Of a stretch of DNA of 64,000 nucleotides, positions 24,608 to 34,609 are shown one piece after another (position 1 is the first letter of the stretch; every line of letters starts with the position of its first letter). Source of the stretch: Dudresnaya verticillata. Lineage: Eukaryota. The stretch covers positions 1,054,001 through 1,118,000 of the forward strand of contig OZ374561.1 in NCBI GenBank assembly GCA_977862235.1, written 5' to 3'. The notes under the pieces were generated by a model that was not told the origin of the DNA, ran no database searches, and saw only the letters and a list, made by a program, of their open reading frames with translations. The position numbers and the translations under genes were made by a program.

Positions 24608-25372
24608 AAGCTGATGGATACGGCGTTGCCTCGAATGAAATTAGCGCAACGGCGCTATGAAACTAATTTCAATAACCGAATCAGGCCTGCTAACCAGAGG
24701 GTAAGAACCGGATCGTGGGTGTTCCTAAAAAGGGAAACGAAGGTGAAGGACGCTTCAGGTGTGGCCCGCGAAGGGAAGTTGTTCCCTAAGGCTCTCGGGC
24801 CGTATAAGGTTCTAGAACGTGGAACGCACGTTGTCGTTCTAGACATCAAAGGAGATAGAGAGACGATATCTCTGGACCGGGTTACCTCGGCCCCCTCGCC
24901 GCATGAAGAACCAAGCGCGCAGGGTCAAGACCCTTCAGTAGTGGGCCTCATGCCACAAGTCGCATATGCGGATAGCGATCCTCACACTCCCGAGAGACAG
25001 GGAGTTACCGATATTACGGATAATCCGACTCTCGCGGTGCAGCCTGCTGACGGGACATCCATACCAAGTCCCGAAGAGACAGTGGCTGCGGCCCCTTCCG
25101 ATCCGGATCGCGATCCTGAAACCGCCGCGCCCAACACTTCGGCGACAATGCCGAACGACACCACCTCCCCGCGGAAGTTTTCTCGTTTTAAGAAAGCGCC
25201 GCCGCGCGAGCGAGTTTACGACCGTATTGTGTCGTACGACGCTGATCGACTCCTCTACCGCGTTCGGTGGTTTCAGCTCCCAGCCTCCGAAGACACCTGG
25301 GAGCCCAAGGAACATCTTCCTCATAACTTGGTGGCAAGATACCATCGAGTCAAAGGGGTCGCTCTCCCGTAA
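24608..25372 (+). pseudogene. pol: Element B integrase C-terminus (GPY/F) and chromodomain
   Basis: KLFPKALGPYKV; YRVRWFQLPASEDTWEPKEHL. Confidence 0.92.
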
Positions 25373-25614
25373 TAAGCGTCTCACGCTAGGTCATCGCTCA
25401 AGAAGAGCAAGTTCGCCGAGAAGAGGCTAGATCTGGCCCCGCAAACTCAGGTGGCAGTTGCGAATAAGCGCCTAACGAGGTTAACCCATTGTGGATGACG
25501 AGCACTAAGCTCTGCAGTAGCGATAACAAGAACGGCCAATGGGCCTGTGTATAACAATAGGAAATGGGAATGACCATTCCCCCTTTTAAGCTGATGAGCT
25601 GACTAACAACAAAC

Positions 25615-25862
25615 TGTATAGATGGAAATAGAAGAGTCAAGACTCTGGAAATGGATAGATGATTCAAGAATCGAGATTCTGGATAGATGAGCTGTATAGC
25701 TACATGGATAGATGTGGAAATGTATAGATGTGATTAGGAAGACATGGAAGAATCAAGATTCTGGATAGAAGAAATGTACATACGTCGAACACATATATGT
25801 GTGAATCGAGGAAAAACCCGAGCCGTGGGTCGCACCAACAAGAGAGAGAATCGAGATTCTGT
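25615..25862. repeat. Cluster of dyad motifs AGA(A/G)TC-NN-GA(T/C)TCT in element B 3' region
   Basis: Copies at 25633, 25667, 25749, 25847, interspersed with GGATAGATG/GTATAGATG. Confidence 0.8.
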
Positions 25863-26049
25863 GCGAAGCACGGCTGCCACAACACAACCCAGCCGCACCC
25901 TCCGGCGCTACCGACGCTTCGGCAGGGAAAGAGACCCCCCCTGATGGCAACCCTGGCTAGGGCCAACGGAGGCTATCATCAGACTGCCTAAAATTCGGCA
26001 GTGGGGCCATCGCCTAAACATCGATGAGCCTTGAGAACCGGCTGAAAAC

Positions 26050-26825
26050 TGTGGTGCAACGCCAAGGGGCCTCCAAAATGGGCGCAACCGGCCGGGCCAA
26101 GTGGGACAGGCAGCCCAATCAGAAAGATACGTTTGGCCAACCGACGACAGTGCGGCCCAGCGGACGCCGGTGAACATGCGCAAGAGGCACACGTGTCCAA
26201 CAGGTGTACACGTGTGTCACACGTGGCCACCTATGACACCCAAGCGCACCATGTGACTCGATGTACACGTATGATTCGTGTGATCGGATCTGGAAGCAGG
26301 TGCGGAAAGGAAATTGGATTTGGCCGCAGGTGAAATCAAGCAGAAGACAGTGGAAAAATCAAGGGAAAATCTAACTCATTTGGCCAACCACTAACGAACA
26401 AGTACTTGGTTTAGTTTGGTAAGGGTACAACATTGGCCCAACGCCGGAACACAAGTAGATATTATGGCCGACGGGGAGTAACCTCGGCCACTAACTGTAG
26501 AATAGCTCTAGATTAGCTCTAGTGGCCGATTTTGGGCCTACTTAGACGGCCACAGACCACGACTCGGCCAGGATAGGTACGAAGCCGTCCCGCCAGAGGT
26601 TGGGAGTAAAGTTTTGCAACCTTTTTCCAACTCGGCCATTTTCCGCTGCTCATCCAGGTTTTTGGCCGCGACTTCGTCTGCGCGCTCCCGCTGTACCACA
26701 TTTGCTACCGGTGCGCAGGTCCGTTCTACGTTCGGCCGTTCTACCACGAAATCCGACAGGTCTTTTGGGTCCTCTTGGGGTCTCGCCCGGCTGCCGTACG
26801 CGGTGGTGCCGTTCGGGATACTACA
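26050..26825 (+). mobile_element. Solo LTR of family C (776 bp)
   Basis: TGTGGTGCAA...GATACTACA; perfect TSD AAAAC. Confidence 0.93.
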
Positions 26826-27567
26826 AAAACGTGCTTCGCGTGAGTCTATTGCGCCGGCCGACGGGCCCCAAAGGCAAAAACGGACTCCCTCAAGGGATCT
26901 CGCTAGGAGTCGGAAAAACCCCACGGCTTGTAGAGCCTCTCGCCGTAGTCCAACCTTCGACAGGATGAGAGAAGCAAGGGTCGCGTAAGACGCATGAGTC
27001 TCAGCGTGCCCGCCCATAGGATGGCTGCTCGGCGATGAAAACGGCCTTGGCGCCAAAAACCTCTACAGTGCATCATCTCGCTACTGTAGAGAGAGAGGTC
27101 CGTCGCTGGTAGGCCCTCATAGCCTGGGAGGCGGAATGAAATACCCAATGAGGGCGCGCTAACGGGGCGCGAGACGCAGCAAGTACAGTGTTCCCGACGC
27201 TATTGTGGGCCAGTGTCGTCCCCTCTCGGGCATTACGCCACATTGCTGGCACCCTCTCACTCCTCGAGTGGCACCAGAGAGGCGGATTGATTACCCAATA
27301 ACGGGGTCGTCCCACGGCGCGTGGCGAAGACACCGTCGCGTGGAGCGAGGTTCCCTACCTGTATGTGCTCCGGTTACTACGCTGGCACTGCACAACGCGA
27401 TGAAATCCGCTAAGTCCCCGACGGGACAGGATGGAGTCGCCAAGTCGCATAACGCCACCGCGCACGCCTTCCACAGGCAAGGGAGTCAAGCATACAAGAC
27501 GAATTTATTCAGCGGACCAGCCGCTCGCAAGTCTAAGGCATGGAGTCTGGAGTCGACGCGCTACCCG

Positions 27568-29900
27568 CTAATCGGAAAGAAGGTCAATGACCTCATTCTC
27601 CTCGAGCGGAGGGTTAGGCCCAGACGGCGCACGCATCGTCGTGACGCGGCGCACTTCGCGCACAATGCGCGCTCCACGCCATCGACGAGGGCCGCGACCT
27701 CGACGTCCACCAAAGCCTTCACTGGCTGCGCCATCACGTCCTAAACCCTGCCCCTCGATATCCATGGGAGAGCCATCGCGCTCACCCTCGCCCTCCATGG
27801 GCTCTATTTCCTCCTCCTCTTTGAGGAGGAGCTCCGTCTTCACAATGACTTCAGAAGTTATCGGGTATGACGTCAAAGGCGCACCGGCCGTAACTGGGGC
27901 CTCCGTAGCCCCTGCTTCAGCCCCGACGGGCTGCGTTGCGGCAGATTTGTTGGCCGACGGGACCTCCTGACCTTGGTCATCAGTAGCCTGAGCCACATCG
28001 GCGGAAGCCGAAGAAAGCGGCTGAACAGGCGGCACCAAAGTCAGCCCGGGCTGAACAACCGGCGGGACCGGGGCTTCTACATTTTCCTCGCGAGGGATCT
28101 TGCTGGTATCAGCCTCAGTGGCTTCACGGGCATCAAGCCCCAGGTTGGCGCCGATCGCCCCTTGGGCTACAGCAGCTGGACGCTGCGGATGACCCAGCCC
28201 TTTTCAGCTCTTCTTGCCAACCTCATCCACCGAGCTCGAAGTCTTGGCCTCAGCCTTGACACCACCCAACGGCGGAAGCGACCGCAAGTGAGCCCCCAAA
28301 CGGGCTTGCTCGATAGGACCCGGTGTCTCTATCCAATGAGCCTCGTACTCGGCTAGAACATCTTCTACCCAATCCGCTAACGAGGACAGGTTCAAATGTG
28401 TATGTTCCAATGAACTGCCAAGCGGATGGCTAAACCACGACGGTTAAACAAGTCGCGGATTTCCGCATCTGCACGATAGTGATGAGGCACAGGTGGCGCG
28501 TATGGGCCTTGCGGCTGTCCATCGACCGTGTCATCAAAAGCTGGCACCTCATCTGGGTTCGAGGGACCCTCATCCCACCATTTGACGCTAACCCAACCGC
28601 GGGTGTAGCCGGAACGGCGCTCACCCTCGTCCAACGAGATGGTCCCGCCCTCACCAGGGCACTCCGCCATCATGAAGTCGGGCAAGATGGGAGTCCACTT
28701 CTCCTGATCGAACTCCACCCAATCACCCCGGTCATAGACGGGCGTGATGTGCCCAGTGTTTTCGGGCAAGAAGCGGTTCCGCTTAGTGACCCGACTCCAG
28801 CGGACCCGCTCCACGAATTACAAGATGGAATCCAGATCCGCGGCGTCTTCCGCGTTGGCGGTAAAGGCGGTCGAGCCGATAAAGCGGATACGAGCCCGCA
28901 ACGGCTTACTGATGAAGAATAAGAAGCCCCAACGGGCCTCGTACATGAAGACTTGGGCCACCATTACGATCCACTCGTGTCGGAAAATTGTCCATAACTG
29001 GGATTCGTCGTAAGGGACACTCATCATCTCTAAACCAAGGTAAGCCAGAATGGCTGGAGTGCCAACGGGCATCGAATATGAAACTTCCAATCCAACTTGG
29101 TCATCCGGGACTTGAGGATACTTAATCCGGTAGAACTCTGGACGTATGGACGTCACCTCCTGGCAGTGAGTCGGGACGAAACAGCCAGTACGATGGCTAT
29201 GACGACGCTCGAAGCGTACTAAATCGGTCGGCATGGCCGTCTGCGGATTATCTAAGGCATAATTGAAGTTTGACGACTCGTCCCACCGGACAATCCGCGC
29301 CATCGTATACGGGTAGTTGTCCCTTCCTGGACGAATCAGGGGCCTGGGGTGGCAGATGATAGCCAGATCGTAAGTACCGGCGTTGTGCACGGCGTTGAGC
29401 TCATCCATACGGAAGTTGATAAGCCGTGACAAGGCGGAAGTGTACTGTACCTCATGACGAAAACGGGGGTGTGCCAGATCCCACTTCAAGGGGGCGTCCA
29501 AAGTCGGCAACTCGCGATTGAGTCCCGTCAAGAGACCCAGACGGTGACGACCGTGAGCATGTCAAGTGCGGCGTTGCGCACGGCGCGCGCCGCGGCGTCG
29601 GATCTCGCTGCGGTCGGCGCCCGCGTTGTTCTTGATGTGGACAAGGTCTGTGCGCACGCGCCAATCACGGCTATTCTTGATACTAAAAGGCACGCCTGCC
29701 TCATCCATCTCCACACCGAGTACACCGACACTCGACCCAGCGGCACCGAATGCCATGTGTTGGCTCCCGCTCATCACAAACTCCGGCTCCTGAGCCACTA
29801 CGAGGCTTTCTTGTTCGACTTGTTCACCCGCACCCTAGTGGGCTCTCTTCAACTTCTCGAGAAAATCTCCTTTCGCCAAGACGGGGCTTCGGGGGTGCGC
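27568..29900 (-). pseudogene. Antisense accessory ORF of element B, disrupted; homologous to 31033-32715; start approximate
   Basis: Fragments 29562-29798, 28818-29531, 28392-28814, 28204-28410, 27568-28038; first three share colinear motifs with the E ORF. Confidence 0.8.
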
Positions 29901-30114
29901 GGCGCCGCGCGGGCAAAGACGGGATGCTCGCTGCGAAATTACGGACGGCTACGCCGCTGGGATGCACGCCCCCGCGGGAGCACAGCGTCACGACGCGACG
30001 AACCGTCAAGGCAAAGGAAGCACCAGCGGCGCTGTGGAAGATACAAGCCAGGCCAGATGGAGACAAAGGCACTCAGCGGCCGACGCTAAAAGTGTTGAGG
30101 AGTGTGGTACTGGG

Positions 30115-30889
30115 TGTGGTGCAATCCACTCGGTAGAATTGAGGGTGCACCTCAGGCGGTTCGGGGGCCTGGCGGTAGCAGGTGAGGTAATAGCGGTAGA
30201 GCAGGGGAGTAGCCCCGTAGTGCGACTGTAAAACACTACAAGGCCGAGAAAGGGGGTTACCCTAGAAAGGAAGAGAAAACAAGGGAAAAACAGGAGAAAA
30301 ACAGGATTCTGTACGATGAAGAAGGGTAGCGGATGTACTGGAGTCCAGCCTAGAGAGGGAGTCGATAGGGTAGGAGGGTACGTCTCGCTGGGCCCAAACT
30401 TAGCCGTTTATTGTATGGGGGCGCACCTCAGGGCCCTAATATACTATGTAGGAGGCGGGTGCGCCTTGGTGGCGGATTAAGATAGGGGAAGGGGGCGCGC
30501 CACTTGGCATTACGTGGCGCGCGCAATTCTATAATTATCTAAAAATATCAACTGTCAGCCTAGCGGTAGTGCGGCTGAAAGGTGTGCGCCAAGGGGGCGC
30601 ACGTGTGCACGTGTACGCGTTGTCGCGTTGCGGGGCCATCCTTGCTGGCAGAGGGCGCCGCGTACTGTCAGGCCGGGTGCCTTACAGAGGCATTTCCCCA
30701 TTAGCATTGCTGGTGCGTGCGCGTGGTGCCAGAGCTCATTATAGAAATTGGCTCTGAGCTCAATCACCCGCACAGCGGTTGATCCGCAGGAACCGGCCGT
30801 TGGGCGTCCGTCGTCCGCAGTCGCGTGAGCCGCGGGTGGCGGCATTATGAAGAATTCTTCAGTAGGGCGCCAAGGCGATTTGCGCCACA
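30115..30889 (-). repeat. 3' LTR of element E
   Basis: Matches 42266-43040; preceded on the minus strand by GGGGGGGAGA. Confidence 0.97.
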
Positions 30890-31032
30890 TCTCCCCCCCG
30901 TTAAGCGGCGAGTACCCGCACGAGCCCACAGGGACCACTTCCTTCGTCAGGCGTAAGTTGGCACGACGCCTCGCCATCTCATCTTGCGGGGGTCCGCTCA
31001 TCGTGTGTGCACAGCGAAGCGGACGTGTTGCG

Positions 31033-32715
31033 ATGCCTCCCCACTTTTCTCTTGCGGAACTTGACCGCGTGTTACTGCACGCGCCGCAGAGTTCTGCAAG
31101 TTATCCGACGCCGGCCGACTTCGAGGGCAAGACGCCGTGGAACGACTTAATCGACTTTGCGAATGCACCGTGGATGTTCCACTCTAACTTTGGCAATCAT
31201 GCCCTGATTGAACAATATGTCTCGAATGATGGTTACTTACCTGGGGGACTGCCCCTCCGCGTCCTCCGTACGCCTGACTGGCGTCGCCATGGTGCGATTC
31301 GGCCGGAGTGGATCCGTCGCCATGGTGGCGAGGACGTCCGCAAGGCGCGACTGCGGTATGTCCGCTTGGTTCTGCAGCGATTGTCGCGTACGCCGGGTCG
31401 AGAGGTTATTCCTCATGGATACTGGTTGGATTTGGGTGTGTATCGCACCAATGGGGAAATCCCCTATGCGGATGCCCTCGAGAACCTCCCCATCCCGCAC
31501 GCGTGGGACGGGGTGGAGCCGCGGGTTCGTCAGTCGGCGCTCCTGATGGGCGTACAGCTCCGTGCGGAATTCCGCTTCATACGCAAGCGGGCGAACAACG
31601 CGTATTGGGATAAGATCAGGTGGGAGCGGCGCGTCCGCTCCCGTCTGGGATTCCTGGTCACATATCCAAATGTCGAGATCTACGCGATTCACCGCAACTA
31701 TCGAGATCGATGTTATATTCGGCTGCCAGTCCCGCAATGGGGACTGGTGGAGAGCTGTGAGGGATTCCTCGTGGAGTTGTCGCCTGCGGTGAGTTACACC
31801 ATGTCGTCGGTCATCGGCTACCCGCAATCCGGGTTGTGGACCGTCTACTACACGGAATTCGTGGCGAAGACGGCGACTCAGTGGCTGTGGGAACTTTACG
31901 ACACGTACCGCATGTGGTACGTGTCGCCCACAGTCCTGGGGTGCTTTGACCAGTTGGACTTCAAGGTGGTTCTTGGCGGCGTTAATAATGAAGCGGAGTT
32001 CCGCGTATTGTTGGGGTTCTTCTCCCAGATCGACTGGGACCGCGACGAACAGCGCGTCCCGTTGTGTAACAACAAGAGGAGTTCCTCGGCTACGAACTTT
32101 TCGCCTGGGCGTGGGCATCCCGTGTGTGGCGATTGGGCGTGGTTCGACCCATGGACGCGCACATTTGTTTCTGCGGACCGTGCCGCTTGGTTGCGCAGCC
32201 ATCCGCGTTCGATGCCACCGGGGCAGCCGCGAGGCTACCTGGTGGACCCCGAGGCGGTTGGGGTACCAGAGTCGGACGACGAGGAGTATTTCTCGGGTTC
32301 AGGTGACAATGGGGAGTTCCCCGAGGCCGATACGATGACGGTCGATGAGCCTGTGGGGGAAGACTACCCAGCCGTGGCATCGCCGACTACCGCGGATGCC
32401 CCGGTTGCGGCGACGGGAGTGGCGGCTGACGCGGGTGGGAGCAGCGACGGCGGCGCTGTTATTGCGAGCGTGCCAATCGTTCGGCCGCCCGCTATTCGGC
32501 TGCCGTCGCCTGACCCGGAAAGCCAGCCTCGCGCACGTCGCGTGCGACTGAGCTTCAGTCAGCGCATTGCCGTAATCGGCTTTTTGCGTAGAACGGGAAT
32601 TCCCGAGATTGCCATTCGCGACAGTGATGAGGAGCTCCTCGAGGTCGCCGTGGGTAAAGGTTATAACCCGGATGGGGAGGATGAAGCAGGCCCAAGCGGG
32701 CCTGCTGATGTCTAG
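31033..32715 (+). CDS. Antisense accessory ORF of element E, 560 aa, unknown function
   Basis: Intact; W/Y/R-rich N-terminal ~470 aa plus acidic tail; homologue at the same position in element B; ORF track extends it back into the LTR (30847). Confidence 0.85.
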   Translation: MPPHFSLAELDRVLLHAPQSSASYPTPADFEGKTPWNDLIDFANAPWMFHSNFGNHALIEQYVSNDGYLPGGLPLRVLRTPDWRRHGAIRPEWIRRHGGEDVRKARLRYVRLVLQRLSRTPGREVIPHGYWLDLGVYRTNGEIPYADALENLPIPHAWDGVEPRVRQSALLMGVQLRAEFRFIRKRANNAYWDKIRWERRVRSRLGFLVTYPNVEIYAIHRNYRDRCYIRLPVPQWGLVESCEGFLVELSPAVSYTMSSVIGYPQSGLWTVYYTEFVAKTATQWLWELYDTYRMWYVSPTVLGCFDQLDFKVVLGGVNNEAEFRVLLGFFSQIDWDRDEQRVPLCNNKRSSSATNFSPGRGHPVCGDWAWFDPWTRTFVSADRAAWLRSHPRSMPPGQPRGYLVDPEAVGVPESDDEEYFSGSGDNGEFPEADTMTVDEPVGEDYPAVASPTTADAPVAATGVAADAGGSSDGGAVIASVPIVRPPAIRLPSPDPESQPRARRVRLSFSQRIAVIGFLRRTGIPEIAIRDSDEELLEVAVGKGYNPDGEDEAGPSGPADV

Positions 32716-32964
32716 TCGAGCGTCGACATTTGGCGTGGGGCAACCGACCCTGTGGGAGTAGCCCATGCGCTGTAGTAGGGAGAGCGCCGCCATGATCAGG
32801 ACTTATTAAAGTTTGCCTGTTGGTTGTGTTGTTTGCCGTAACGCGGCGCGTCGCTCTTAGGGTAGTTTCCCTCGGCGAGTGGTAATGCGTAGCGACTCGC
32901 ATAGGCATATGCCGATTGCGGAGGACGAACGCGATATGTCGCCAGTGAGGCGCGTGCCGTTCAG

Positions 32965-34410
32965 TGTGGAAGTCCACATTTCGTTAGCGACTTGGAGGTA
33001 GGGGTTCCCCCGTCGCTAGAGGTGCGAACGCTCAAGGCCGTTGGCGGCTTAGAGCGGTAGGTACGGATTTCCGTTTTGGGCATGGCTCGTAATGCCGACT
33101 TAGTCGTGAACGACTTGGCGGAGGAGGTGCGGCGTGCTTGCGGTCGTCCGCTAGGGTGGGCCGCTGTGTATACGCATGGCAGGTGATTGGTGCGGAGTGC
33201 GCCGGCACCGTAATTATCCAATGGATATTCATGGAGTGGCGCGCCGCACGTGACTTGAATGCCCACTGCGGCGCGTACAGTAGACCAAACGCGCACTGTG
33301 GTCTAGCCACATTAATTGGTTATACAGAAGTCTGTTGACGAGCGTGCTTGCCTACGTTGCATGCTGACCCGGCTAACCGGACGCAGTTGCGTACGCGCCT
33401 CTCTGAGTAGTTAGGCGATAGGGCGATCCAGCCCGTCTAGATAAGTGGAATGCCACGCGAACAATGGCCTGCCCACTGTAGGAGCGCCGAAGGGCTTGGG
33501 CGCGGATTTTCGGTTGTGTGGAATACCACTTGTTTCGAACGTTTGCGGAGGTAGGTGCCGCATGGCCACACGCAGGCGGAAGTACACCCTTATCGTTGAG
33601 TCAGGGGTACACCGGTCCGCCAGTGGCCCGCGGTGAGTGTTCACGGAATTCCGTTTCAGCGTAGTTGCTGTTATAGAGTCTGCCGTAGGCAACGGGAGGT
33701 GGCTACAGTAGTTGGCTATGGCCTTTGTAGGGGTGTTCCCCATTTGTTGGTCATAAAAGGGATTTCGTGGGGCACCACATCGTAGTGAGGTAGGGGGCAT
33801 CGCGTCGGGTCCGATACGTGCGCCCCATGATGTGGCATTCCACTTTTCGTATGCGGCCTACGTGAAGGCATCCCCTTTCAAATGGGGGAACCGATGCCTG
33901 AGGCAATCGACGATACACGGTAGGGGTTACCGAGTCCCATGTGAGGCATAATTGCCTTTGGGTTTGCGGGCCCATTCGTGACGGTATCGGCCGACGATTA
34001 CGGAGTTCCGTTATAAGCATGAGTGCTCTTGGCAGAATCCACCGTGGACGGCTTTGGCGGCAGCTGCGGGGCGCACTGCGCCGACTGCGCTGTGTTACAG
34101 TCCGTACAGGGGTGTTCCCCATTTGCGTTTGCCGACAAGGGCGTTATGGGGCGCCTCATATGAGCGGGGTCGGGAGCGTTGCGTTGTTTTTGGACGCGAG
34201 TGTCCCGTGATGCAGAATTCCGCTTTTCGTGTACAACCTGAGTCGAGGCGTTCCCCTTCGTATGGGAGAGCGGGCGCTCAAGGCCATTGATGGCTTGGAG
34301 CAGTAGTTACGGAATTCCGTTTTGTGTTTGCTCGCGTTATGGACTTAGTCGCATTCGACTTCGGGAGTGGTAATGGCGATAGCTTGCGGCAGACCGCTAG
34401 GGTGAGTGGG
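32965..34410. repeat. Degenerate tandem array with RYGGA-NN-TCCRY dyads in element E 3' region
   Basis: ACGGA-NN-TCCGT at 33063, 33643, 34000, 34309; diverged ~200-bp block at ~32965-33160 and ~34210-34405. Confidence 0.75.
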
Positions 34411-34609
34411 CGCGCGTAGGGAATATCCGATTGGCGCTGCGATAATTAATATCTCGTCCGACCAATAAGGTGCCATACCGTGGTGTACAGTAGTCCCATT
34501 GTACTTGCGCCAACTACTGTAGCATCGACTCTTGGGCCCGACTCTTCAATGTGGTATGTCCACTCCATTTGTGAGTTAGCAGACGTCTGCACGCTTGCTG
34601 TCTTGGGGT

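Noticed and set aside
25590..25630. Hammerhead ribozyme core CTGATGA...GAAA
   Set aside because: No stem II or flanking helices can be formed
20655..34410. Repeated dyads as a CRISPR-like array
   Set aside because: Motifs are too short and irregularly spaced; no cas genes; eukaryotic context
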